Position numbers and translations under genes: made by a program. The notes under the pieces are model-generated. The model had not been told where the DNA came from, did not search any database, and was given only the letters and a program-made list of their open reading frames with translations. Below are positions 1 through 8,059 of a stretch of 32,000 bases of DNA, in pieces. This DNA comes from Thermodesulfobacterium commune DSM 2178 (lineage in GTDB: Bacteria > Desulfobacterota > Thermodesulfobacteria > Thermodesulfobacteriales > Thermodesulfobacteriaceae), in assembly GCF_000734015.1 (NCBI RefSeq), contig NZ_CP008796.1:60001-92000 (forward strand), written 5' to 3'. Every line of letters starts with the position of its first letter. The stretch's first letter is position 1.

Positions 1-171
1 GCCTTTAGGACCTTGCACTACCTCAAACTCTACCACTTGTCCTTCCTTAAGGGTCTTGAATCCAGACATTTCTATGGCAGAGTAATGTACAAACACATCT
101 CCGCCATCATCCTTGGAAATGAAGCCATACCCCTTTTTCTCGTCAAACCACTTAACCTTACCTCTAAACAT
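1..171 (-). CDS. csp: Cold-shock protein (CspA family), C-terminus cut by window edge
   Basis: Reverse-strand translation from the ATG (complement of 169-171) gives [57 protein letters not shown]. It carries the KGYGFI and VFVHY RNP-type motifs. An AAGGAGG RBS lies on the complement of 182-188. Track ORF 13..204 (+) is its antisense shadow. Confidence 0.9.
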   Translation of the reverse strand, partial: MFRGKVKWFDEKKGYGFISKDDGGDVFVHYSAIEMSGFKTLKEGQVVEFEVVQGPKG

Positions 172-240
172 GTTACTAAAACCTCCTTTAAGTTTTTCTA
201 TTAGTTATACTTAACCTCAAAAAATTTATTTGTAAAGGGG

Positions 241-272
241 TAAATTTTAAAATTTTAAAAATTTTTAAAAAT
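241..272. repeat. Run of A(n)T(n) tracts (A3T4 A4T4 A5T5 A5) in the divergent csp/MFS promoter region
   Basis: Direct reading: taaattttaaaattttaaaaatttttaaaaat. The tract is pure A/T, with tract length growing from 3 to 5. Confidence 0.6.
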
Positions 273-401
273 AGTTTAAAACTGAAGGTTTGTGTGGGAT
301 TGAGGAAAAGGTTGTCGTTTGATGAGTCTGAGAGGTGTTTTTTTTAAGATTTGTTTAAACAGATTGCTATTTTAGAAAATAAAGCTAAAATTTTAAAATA
401 A

Positions 402-1640
402 ATGGAAATTGGTATAAGGAACTTTTTGGCTTTTTTAGACCTTTCTGAAAATCCTATTAAGATTAAAAATTTCAGATATTTTATTTTAGGACACTTTATT
501 TCTTTTACCGGTTCTTGGACTTATAACACTGCTATTGTTTGGCTGGTTTATGAGCTAACCCGGTCTTCTTTTTATTTAGGTATCTTTAGTTTGTTTAACT
601 CTTTACCTACTTTTGTTTTTAGTTTTTTGGCAGGATTAATCATAGACCGATTTGACCGAAAAAAACTTTTAACATGGGTGGTGTTTTTAGGGATTTTGCC
701 TTCAGTTTTGTTGGGTTTCATTACTCAAGAGGGAAGGTTAAGTTTTTGGCTGGTAGTGTTGATAAACATGTTGGCTGTTAGTCTTGCCTCTGTTGACACC
801 CCTTTGAGACAGGTGTTTATCAGCGAAATAGTTCCGTCAACCTACCTTACCAAAGCTATATCTTTCCAGGCTCTTTCTTTTAATACAGCCAGGATGGTTG
901 GTCCTTTTTTAGCAGGTCTTATCATTACTTATGGACAGCTTTATCAATGTTTTTATTTTAATGCCCTTTCTTATCTACCTTTTTTTCTCTTTCTTTTATT
1001 TTTTATCAAATATCAAAAATCCTATCAGATAGACCTTGAAAATAAGAAAAATTTTATAGAAGCATTTAAAGAAGTTTTTACTTTGTTTAGAAAACAACGA
1101 GCACTTCCTGCTGTTATAGGTATGGTTTTTAGCTTTACTTTTTTTGGAGCTTCTATTCTCATTTTGTTTCCGATAATTGTTGACAAATTATTCGGAGGAG
1201 GCGGAAAAGAGTTTGGTCAACTTTCTTCTATGGTAGGTATAGGGGCTATTCTTGGCTCGGTTTATATAATTTTAGGGAAAGTTAAAAACAAACTTTCTAA
1301 ACTCTGGGTTTCTACTTGTATTTTTGCCTTAGGGGCTTTAGGGTTGGTGTGGTCTAAAATTTGGTGGTTAACCCTCTTTTGTTGTCTCCTTTTAGGTTTT
1401 TCTTTTACTAATTTTTATCCGATAGCCAACTCATACCTTCAAGAAAATACCCCTACAGAAATAAGAGGTAGGGTGATGAGTTTTTTTACTCTTTCTTTTT
1501 TAGGGGTTCATCCCTTAGGGAGTTTTTTAGCAGGGGTACTTGCAGAAAAGGTAGGTGTAGGATGGCTGGTAAGTTTTTATGTATTAAGTTTAGTTTTAGT
1601 AAATTTTTTTCTTTTAAATATTGCTAAACTAAAAAAATAG
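402..1640 (+). CDS. MFS transporter (DHA3/EntS-like)
   Basis: The 412-aa ORF is highly hydrophobic with roughly 12 predicted TM segments. It has a DRFDRKK loop after TM2, typical of the MFS motif A region, and an N-terminal FRYFILGHFISFTGSW pattern typical of MFS_3-type exporters. Confidence 0.8.
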   Translation: MEIGIRNFLAFLDLSENPIKIKNFRYFILGHFISFTGSWTYNTAIVWLVYELTRSSFYLGIFSLFNSLPTFVFSFLAGLIIDRFDRKKLLTWVVFLGILPSVLLGFITQEGRLSFWLVVLINMLAVSLASVDTPLRQVFISEIVPSTYLTKAISFQALSFNTARMVGPFLAGLIITYGQLYQCFYFNALSYLPFFLFLLFFIKYQKSYQIDLENKKNFIEAFKEVFTLFRKQRALPAVIGMVFSFTFFGASILILFPIIVDKLFGGGGKEFGQLSSMVGIGAILGSVYIILGKVKNKLSKLWVSTCIFALGALGLVWSKIWWLTLFCCLLLGFSFTNFYPIANSYLQENTPTEIRGRVMSFFTLSFLGVHPLGSFLAGVLAEKVGVGWLVSFYVLSLVLVNFFLLNIAKLKK

Positions 1641-1669
1641 TTTATTAATTTCTCAGAGAGGGTTTAGAA

Positions 1670-3115
1670 ATGGTAGAGCTAAAAAAGATTGTAGAAACCC
1701 TAAATCTTGATGAGTGTGCTAGAGATTTAGATTTGTATGTGATGATTCTTGAACAGGATAAGGTAGTTTATTTAAACAAGGTGGCTGAAGAAAATTTAGG
1801 ATACACAAAAGAAGAGCTTCTAGAAAAAGGAATAGGGGGATTTTTAGCCTACCATCCTAATTTCCTGACAGAGCTAAAAAAAGAACTTTTAAAAAAGCAT
1901 AAGCATAAAACTATAATTAAATTTCTAACCAGAGAAGGTAAGATTATTACGTTGGAGGCTTTTTTTTATAAGGTAGAGTTGACTCCACAGAAAATTTTTA
2001 TTTTGATGGTAGGAAAAGACACCGGAGAGCTGACAGAATTAAGAGCTAAGATAGAAGAGTTGGAAAAAAATCAACGGTTTTCCGAGTTTTTAAGAAGCTT
2101 AGTCCATGATTTTAACAACATTCTGCAAAATACCCTTAAGTACTTAAAGAACATAGAGGAAAACGTAGACAAACCAGAAGAGGTTAAAAGGTATAAGTTT
2201 TTGGCAGAAAAAACCTTAAAATCTTGGATTGACCTTAACCGTTTGCTTATAGATTATACCAAAGGAATAAGAGATGTCCTTTCTTCTCAGTTAGAAATGG
2301 TTTCTTTTTTAAAAAACAATTTAGATATTTTTCAGATCATTGCCGGACCTAAAATTCAAATACAGCTCTCTTTAGGGTCTTTAGTAAACGTTTTTGTCCC
2401 AGGAGAAGAAACTTTTTGGAGGTATATCTTCTTAAATTTTATCAGCAATGCTAAGGATGCTATCGAAGACGAAGGAAAGATAGAAATAGCACTATCTTTA
2501 AAAACCCTTGAAAAGAAATACTTGATAATCGAGATAAAAGATACCGGATGCGGTATCCCTGAAGAAAACTTAGAAAAAATCTTTTTGCCCTTTTTTACTA
2601 CTAAAAAGGAAAGCAGTGGCTTAGGGCTATTCTTGGTAAAAAATCATATAACAAGTTTGGGGGGAAAATTAGAGGTAGAAAGCAAGGTTAATTTAGGCAC
2701 AACCTTTAAGATTTGGGTCCCTGCGCTGAGTGTGACCTTATTAAGCCCGTTGAAAAAATCGGAGATCAAAAAACTTAAAATCATCCTTCTGGAAGACGAA
2801 CCAGAAATTTTAGCAAGTATGCAAGAAATATTGGAAGGAGAAGGTTATCAAGTTTGGGCTTTTTCTAACTATGAAGAATTAGAAAAAAACCTTGATAAAA
2901 TTTCTTCTCCAGACCTTCTTATTACCGACTATCATATGCCAGGAATAAAAGGGTTTGAAGTCTACCAGAATTTAAAACAAAAATTTCCAGACCTAAAGGT
3001 TTTGTTTTTGACAGGAGATTTGTTATCTCTGGCAGAACTTCCCAGTTTTAAACTGCTTTTAAAACCCTTTACTGTAGAACAACTCTTGGCTAAGATTGAA
3101 GAAGTTATGCTATGA
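1670..3115 (+). CDS. Hybrid sensor histidine kinase / response regulator (PAS-HisKA-HATPase-REC), cytoplasmic
   Basis: H-box LRSLVHDFNNIL; N-box NFISNAKDA; G-boxes DTGCGIP and GLGLFLV. The C-terminal receiver has ILLEDEP, LLITDYHMPG (phospho-Asp) and LLKPF (conserved Lys). No TM segments are seen. Confidence 0.85.
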   Translation: MVELKKIVETLNLDECARDLDLYVMILEQDKVVYLNKVAEENLGYTKEELLEKGIGGFLAYHPNFLTELKKELLKKHKHKTIIKFLTREGKIITLEAFFYKVELTPQKIFILMVGKDTGELTELRAKIEELEKNQRFSEFLRSLVHDFNNILQNTLKYLKNIEENVDKPEEVKRYKFLAEKTLKSWIDLNRLLIDYTKGIRDVLSSQLEMVSFLKNNLDIFQIIAGPKIQIQLSLGSLVNVFVPGEETFWRYIFLNFISNAKDAIEDEGKIEIALSLKTLEKKYLIIEIKDTGCGIPEENLEKIFLPFFTTKKESSGLGLFLVKNHITSLGGKLEVESKVNLGTTFKIWVPALSVTLLSPLKKSEIKKLKIILLEDEPEILASMQEILEGEGYQVWAFSNYEELEKNLDKISSPDLLITDYHMPGIKGFEVYQNLKQKFPDLKVLFLTGDLLSLAELPSFKLLLKPFTVEQLLAKIEEVML

Positions 3116-4008
3116 ACCGATGGTTAGAGGAGTTTTTAAAATATTTAGAAGTAGAGAAAAACTATTCACCTCAGACTTTAAAGGCCTATAAAAAGGATTT
3201 AGAAGATTTTTTGAATCATTACCAGGCTTTAAACATAAAAGATTTTAAACATTTACAGCCTTTTCATCTAAGGCTTTATCTTGCGAACCTTAAAAAAACT
3301 AAAAAAGCACCCACTACCATCGCAAGGAAGGTAAGTGCTTTAAGAAGCTTTTTTAGGTTTCTTTCTAAAAAAGAGGTCATACCTAAAAACTTAATCCTTT
3401 ATCTCTTAACCCCTCGGGTCTTAAAAAGATTTCCTCGTGTTCCTACCGAAGAAGAACTGAACCAGATGATAGAACAGGTAAAAGAGGATAGTTTTCTTGG
3501 TCTTAGAAACAGGACGATTTTAGAACTTGGCTATGGCTGTGGTTTAAGGGTAGGAGAGCTTACCAATCTAACGCTTAACCAGCTAAACCTGCAACTTAGG
3601 TTTTTAAGGGTCATAGGAAAGGGTAATAAAGAAAGGATGATCCCCTTTGGCAAGAAGGCACAACAGCTGTTAGAAAGATATCTGAGAGAAAGAGAAAAAG
3701 TACTTTTAAACTTAGGAAAAAATCATGAGTTTGTGTTTATTAACTCAAAGGGAGACAAGTTAACCGATCGGGGGGTTAGATACATACTTAAGACCTTAGG
3801 AAAAAGTTATGGAATAGAATACCTTCATCCTCATACTTTAAGACATTCTTTTGCTACCCATCTTTTAAACTCAGGGGCTGACCTTAGGGCTATTCAGGAA
3901 CTTTTGGGACATGCTTCCCTTCTTACCACAGAAATGTACACCAAGGTTAGTTACGAACATCTACTCAAAGTTTATCTTAAGTCCCATCCCCGGGCTAAAA
4001 AGGAATAA
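3112..4008 (+). CDS. xerC: Tyrosine recombinase XerC/XerD family
   Basis: 298 aa. The N-terminal SAM-like core-binding domain reads FLKYLEVEKNYSPQTLKAYKKDL. Catalytic residues are seen in GLRVGEL (Arg), HTLRHSFATHLL (His-x-x-Arg), LGH and the Tyr in TEMYTKV. The start overlaps the kinase stop (ATGA). Confidence 0.85.
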   Translation: MNRWLEEFLKYLEVEKNYSPQTLKAYKKDLEDFLNHYQALNIKDFKHLQPFHLRLYLANLKKTKKAPTTIARKVSALRSFFRFLSKKEVIPKNLILYLLTPRVLKRFPRVPTEEELNQMIEQVKEDSFLGLRNRTILELGYGCGLRVGELTNLTLNQLNLQLRFLRVIGKGNKERMIPFGKKAQQLLERYLREREKVLLNLGKNHEFVFINSKGDKLTDRGVRYILKTLGKSYGIEYLHPHTLRHSFATHLLNSGADLRAIQELLGHASLLTTEMYTKVSYEHLLKVYLKSHPRAKKE

Positions 4009-4026
4009 CCTGTAAAATCCATTTTC

Positions 4027-4040
4027 TTGATCTAAGTCAA
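4027..4040 (+). promoter_or_regulatory. CRP/FNR-family binding-site candidate upstream of nrfHA
   Basis: TTGATctaaGTCAA is a perfect TTGA-N6-TCAA and matches the FNR consensus TTGAT-N4-ATCAA at 9/10. It lies 69 nt upstream of the nrfH ATG. A TATATT -10-like hexamer at 4060-4065 is roughly consistent with class II spacing. Confidence 0.4.
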
Positions 4041-4108
4041 AGAATTTTAAAAGATTTTTTATATTTAGAATTTTATAGGAAGATGCTTAAATCTTCTAAG
4101 GGGGCCTT

Positions 4109-4558
4109 ATGAAAAATAAGGTAGCTATAGGGGTGGTGTTTTTAGGGGTGGTTTTGTTTGTGGGTTTGTTAGGTATGCCTAAGCTTGTTGCCTATACCAG
4201 TAAAAATTCCTATTGCGCAAGTTGTCATGTGATGGAAGACCAGAGCCTTTCTTTAAGAAAGTCCGGGTTGCATAATCAGCTTAATTGCATAGACTGCCAT
4301 CTTCCTCATGACAATAAACTCAGACATTATTTTTGGAAAGGTGTTGACGGAACTAAGGATTTGGTAAAGTTTCACCTAAATCTTATACCAGAGGAAATTA
4401 CCCTATCTTCTCATGGTAAAGTTTTGGTTCAGGAAAATTGTATAAGGTGTCATAAAGATATGGTGTCTATGATAAATGTGAAAGACAGAAACTGCTGGGA
4501 ATGTCATGTAAAGGTAAGGCATAAATTAAGTAGCAGTTTAGAAGTTTTAGAAAAATAA
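4109..4558 (+). CDS. nrfH: Cytochrome c nitrite reductase small subunit NrfH (NapC/NirT tetrahaem quinol dehydrogenase)
   Basis: One N-terminal TM helix. Four CxxCH motifs are present (CASCH, CIDCH, CIRCH, CWECH), including the NrfH-typical CxxCHxM (CASCHVM). AAGGGGG RBS. The gene lies immediately upstream of nrfA. Confidence 0.9.
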   Translation: MKNKVAIGVVFLGVVLFVGLLGMPKLVAYTSKNSYCASCHVMEDQSLSLRKSGLHNQLNCIDCHLPHDNKLRHYFWKGVDGTKDLVKFHLNLIPEEITLSSHGKVLVQENCIRCHKDMVSMINVKDRNCWECHVKVRHKLSSSLEVLEK

Positions 4559-4576
4559 AATATAAGGGGGGATAAG

Positions 4577-6055
4577 ATGAAACGAAAGTCTTTGTGGTTA
4601 GGTTTAACCCTTATGGTTTTGGTTTCTTTGATAGCTGGTTGTAAGCCTCCAGAAAAAGCAAAAGATTTCCGTCAGGAAGCTTTTAAGATAGCTGAAAACG
4701 AGGTAGACCCAGAGGTATGGGGAAAAGCTTTCCCTCTTCACTATGAAATGTGGAAAAAAGAGTCTGAACCTACTCCTGCAGGCTTAAGCAAGTATAAGAG
4801 AGGTTGGGATACTGATAAAATAGTCTATGATAAACTCTCTGAGTTTCCTTTCTTAGCTGTTATTTATAACGGATTTGGATTTGGTAGAGAGTATAACGAG
4901 CCAAGGGGACATTACTACAGGATGATAGACCTTCAAGAGATAGACCCCTCAAGAACCAAACCCGGAGGAGTTTGTCTGACCTGCAAGACTCCCTATTCTG
5001 CTGACCTTGAAAAACAGTATGGGGCTAAATATTACAACACTCCGTTTAAAGAGGCATTGGGTTGGATCCCAGAAAAACACCGGAACCTTGGTGGTTCTTG
5101 TTTAGATTGTCATGACCCTAAAACGATGAACCTCCATATAAGAAGGGCATTTACCTTAGGGAAGGCTTTAAAGGATTTAGGAATAGACGAAAAAGGGTTA
5201 ACCCATCAACAGATGAGAAGTTTGGTGTGTGCTCAATGCCATGTTACTTATGTAATTCCGAGAGACCAGGATATGAAGCCTACAGGCATCTTTTTCCCAT
5301 GGCAAGGCAGTAAATGGGGAGATATCAGCATAGAAAACATCATTAAAGTTTTAAAAAGCAACCCAGCTTATGGAGAGTGGAAACAGGCGGTCACAGGGTT
5401 TAAATTGGCCTTTATCAGACATCCTGAGTTTGAGCTTTATTCAAGAAACTCGGTGCACTGGAATGCAGGGGTCTCTTGTGCTGATTGTCATATGCCTTAC
5501 AAAAGGATGGGGAGCTATAAGGTAAGTGAACACAGAGTAATGAGTCCTCTAAAAGATAACATGAGGTCTTGTAAACAATGCCATCCTCAAAGTGCTGATT
5601 GGTTAAAACAGCAAGTGATTGCCATTCAGGATAGGACGATTTCTGCCTATATAAGGGCTGGATATCAGACAGCGGTAGCAGCCAAACTTTTCGAGAAGGT
5701 GCATCTGGCTCAAACTCAAGGGAAGACCATAGACCAGACTTTATACAACAAAGCTAAAGACCTTTATTTAGAAGCTATCTATAGGGTAATCTTTGTAGGA
5801 GCAGAAAATTCAGTAGGGTTTCACAACCCCACAGAGGCTATGAGGATTTTAACAGACGCTTTAGGATTTGCCTCTAAGTCAGAGTCTCTTTTAAGAACTA
5901 TTCTGGCTAAAGCAGGAGTAGAGGTTCCTGCAAAAATAGACCTTGAGATTTCTAAATATATCAACAACAGAGGTGAAAAGAAACTTAACTTTAGGCCAGA
6001 GCAGGAGTTCAAAGACCCCTTTGGAATACAACAACTTTTTGAAGGGATGCTTTAA
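4577..6055 (+). CDS. nrfA: Cytochrome c-552 nitrite reductase catalytic subunit NrfA (pentahaem)
   Basis: The diagnostic CxxCK active-site haem motif (CLTCK) is present, plus four CxxCH (CLDCH, CAQCH, CADCH, CKQCH). There is an N-terminal signal peptide. Its 492-aa size is typical. Confidence 0.93.
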   Translation: MKRKSLWLGLTLMVLVSLIAGCKPPEKAKDFRQEAFKIAENEVDPEVWGKAFPLHYEMWKKESEPTPAGLSKYKRGWDTDKIVYDKLSEFPFLAVIYNGFGFGREYNEPRGHYYRMIDLQEIDPSRTKPGGVCLTCKTPYSADLEKQYGAKYYNTPFKEALGWIPEKHRNLGGSCLDCHDPKTMNLHIRRAFTLGKALKDLGIDEKGLTHQQMRSLVCAQCHVTYVIPRDQDMKPTGIFFPWQGSKWGDISIENIIKVLKSNPAYGEWKQAVTGFKLAFIRHPEFELYSRNSVHWNAGVSCADCHMPYKRMGSYKVSEHRVMSPLKDNMRSCKQCHPQSADWLKQQVIAIQDRTISAYIRAGYQTAVAAKLFEKVHLAQTQGKTIDQTLYNKAKDLYLEAIYRVIFVGAENSVGFHNPTEAMRILTDALGFASKSESLLRTILAKAGVEVPAKIDLEISKYINNRGEKKLNFRPEQEFKDPFGIQQLFEGML

Positions 6056-6062
6056 GATAAAC

Positions 6063-6088
6063 AAGGGGGGAGAACTCCCCCCTTTTAT
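6063..6088. terminator. Bidirectional intrinsic terminator between convergent nrfA and pfpI
   Basis: The GGGGGGA-gaac-TCCCCCC hairpin is followed by TTTT on the + strand and by a T-rich stretch (ttgtttat) on the - strand. Confidence 0.7.
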
Positions 6089-6098
6089 AATTATTTTA

Positions 6099-6686
6099 TT
6101 AAGGTTCAATTTTTGTTCCTAAGAGTTCAAGAAATTTAGCCATCCACCAAGGATGAGCCGTCCAGGCGGGGGCAGTAACGATGTTTCCGTCTACGCATAC
6201 GTTAGTAAAAGTTTCGTTTACGTCACACCATATCCCACCAGCAAGCACTATTTCAGCTTTTACTGCTGGATAAGCCGTAAGCTTTTTACCTCTAATCACG
6301 TCTGCTGCGGTGAGTAGTTGAGGCCCATGACATATGGCTGCGATGGGTTTGTTTTTTTCGGCAAAGTGTTTGACTATCTGGATGATTTTGTCGTTTAACC
6401 TTAAATATTCAGGAGCTCTACCTCCGGGTATTACAAGACCGTCATAATCTTCTGGGTTTATACTATCAAAATCTGCGGTGATCCTAAAGTTATGCCCTCT
6501 TCTTTCTAAATAAGTTTGATCTCCCTCAAAATCATGGACTGCTGTTTTTACCACATCTCCAGGTTTTTTCCCAGGACACACTGCATCGACCTGATGCCCC
6601 ACCATCTGAAGCATCTGAAATGGAACCATAGCTTCATAATCTTCCACATAGTCTCCCACCAACATCAGTATCCTTTTGGCACCCAT
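6099..6686 (-). CDS. pfpI: DJ-1/PfpI family intracellular protease / deglycase
   Basis: 195 aa. It shows the nucleophile elbow AAICHGPQ (Cys-His), the VIPGGRAPE motif and overall PH1704/PfpI-like architecture. Confidence 0.88.
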   Translation of the reverse strand: MGAKRILMLVGDYVEDYEAMVPFQMLQMVGHQVDAVCPGKKPGDVVKTAVHDFEGDQTYLERRGHNFRITADFDSINPEDYDGLVIPGGRAPEYLRLNDKIIQIVKHFAEKNKPIAAICHGPQLLTAADVIRGKKLTAYPAVKAEIVLAGGIWCDVNETFTNVCVDGNIVTAPAWTAHPWWMAKFLELLGTKIEP

Positions 6687-6780
6687 AACCTTACCCCCTT
6701 GTCAGGTATTTTTTAAAAAAAAAGATAAAATTAGAAAAGATTCTTTCAAGGTTTTTAATCATAAAAAACCTCTTTAAGCC

Positions 6781-6808
6781 TTGACATATTTAAAACTTTT
6801 ATTATATT
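6781..6808 (+). promoter_or_regulatory. Sigma70-type promoter for tRNA-fMet
   Basis: TTGACA (6781-6786), a 16-nt spacer, then TATATT (6803-6808). It lies about 20 nt upstream of the mature tRNA 5' end. Confidence 0.5.
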
Positions 6809-6829
6809 ATAAAGCACAGGTTGAAAGAT

Positions 6830-6906
<77 letters not shown>

Positions 6907-7005
6907 ATTTGTTTCTCTATCTGTAAACATTCTTACCAGGGGCTAAAACCTTATTTAGGTCTCTTTTTATACATATACATAAAAATTTTTGAAGAGGATT
7001 AGAAA

Positions 7006-8055
7006 GTGAAAAGTTTAGAGCGTATTAAAAAACAAGTGTTAAGAGTACTGGCTAAAGATAGGGCCTCTTTTTGGCAGCTGATAAACTATCAAGATGCTCA
7101 TCTGGTAGATTTTTTGGAAGCTATCAAACAGCTTCTCCAGGAAGGTAAAATAAAATATGAAAAACCCTATTTTTATCTTGCTGATGAGGGTTTGCCGATT
7201 TTTCCGTATGAAAGTCCAGGATGTCTTTTTTGTTCTCCTTTTGAGCAAAATCCTTTTTGGAAGCAGGTTTTAAAAGATTTTATAGAGATTACTAAGGACC
7301 GTCCTTTACCAACCAGTGATTTTGACCAGGGTTTTATAAAACCAGAAGATACGGTCAAAAGGACTGCTTTTATCTATGAAAGAGGTGATCTTGAAGGGAC
7401 AGAGGTTTTTATCTTAGGAGATGACGATTTAATCTCTCTCAGCATGGCTCTTACCAAACTACCCAAAAGGATAGTGGTGGTAGAAATAGACGAAAGGATT
7501 AACAGATTTATCAAAGAAAAAGCAAACCTGATTGGTTATCAAAACATAGAGGTCTATAATTATAACGTGATAGAAAAACTTCCTGCCGAGCTTTGTAAAA
7601 AGTTTGATATATTTGTTACAGACCCTGTAGAGACGCAGAAGGGGTTGAAACTTTTTGTAAACAGATGTATCCAGTCTTTAAAAGGTGAGGGATCGGTGGG
7701 TTATATAGGGTTTACCCATCGAGAAGCTTCGTTAAAAAAGTGGTATGACTTTCAAAAGTTTATCTTGGACTCAGGTTTTGTTTTAACTGATATTCTAAGG
7801 GATTTTACCACCTATCCTGAGGAAGAAAATCAATGGGAGGATTTTTACCGGACTTACAGGATTATGAGGGAGTTTGATTTGTCGATGCCAGAGGTAGATT
7901 GGTATAAGTCTTGTTTTGTTAGGTTTGAAGCTGTAGAAGATCCTAAAGTGTTAGACATAGAGGTTCCTGCTGATCTTGAAGAGCTTTATTTTGATGATGA
8001 ATCCTGGGCAACCCCCTTACCTTCTTATTTAGAGAAAAATAGAAAAGAGGGGTAA
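7006..8055 (+). CDS. bpsA: N4-bis(aminopropyl)spermidine synthase-like aminopropyltransferase (BpsA/DUF43 family)
   Basis: 349 aa with a GTG start and GAGGA RBS. The central block DFDQGFIKPEDTVKRTAFIYERGDLEGTEVFILGDDDLISL...IVVVEIDERI...FDIFVTDPVET and the C-terminal WYKS...YFDDES match my recollection of the archaeal/thermophile BpsA family. This is recalled from memory and was not searched. Confidence 0.7.
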   Translation: MKSLERIKKQVLRVLAKDRASFWQLINYQDAHLVDFLEAIKQLLQEGKIKYEKPYFYLADEGLPIFPYESPGCLFCSPFEQNPFWKQVLKDFIEITKDRPLPTSDFDQGFIKPEDTVKRTAFIYERGDLEGTEVFILGDDDLISLSMALTKLPKRIVVVEIDERINRFIKEKANLIGYQNIEVYNYNVIEKLPAELCKKFDIFVTDPVETQKGLKLFVNRCIQSLKGEGSVGYIGFTHREASLKKWYDFQKFILDSGFVLTDILRDFTTYPEEENQWEDFYRTYRIMREFDLSMPEVDWYKSCFVRFEAVEDPKVLDIEVPADLEELYFDDESWATPLPSYLEKNRKEG

Positions 8056-8059
8056 AGCT

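Noticed and set aside
13-204. 63-aa + strand ORF at the left edge
   Set aside because: It is the mirror image of the clearly recognisable cold-shock protein gene on the minus strand.
241-280. The AT repeat block as a CRISPR-like or satellite array
   Set aside because: The units are 7-10 nt of pure A/T with changing length, and there are no spacers. It is a homopolymer-tract pattern, not a repeat-spacer array.
291-320. A G/T-rich stretch (ggtttgtgtgggattgagg) resembling 31215-31235 (ggttggtgtggaaggtgggg), possibly a second copy of the element core
   Set aside because: Only about 13/19 positions match in low-complexity G/T sequence. No copy of the TTTGCCGAT terminal repeat lies nearby. It is most likely compositional coincidence.
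5821-6109. Minus-strand ORFs (63 and 72 aa) overlapping the nrfA 3' end, and similar short antisense ORFs at 6516..6716, 7039..7358, 11970..12182, 13014..13208, 13929..14168, 16239..17386, 17890..18120, 20260..20526 and 21266..21475
   Set aside because: All lie antisense to, or out of frame within, confidently identified genes. They lack RBSs and have low-complexity compositions, so I treat them as shadow ORFs.
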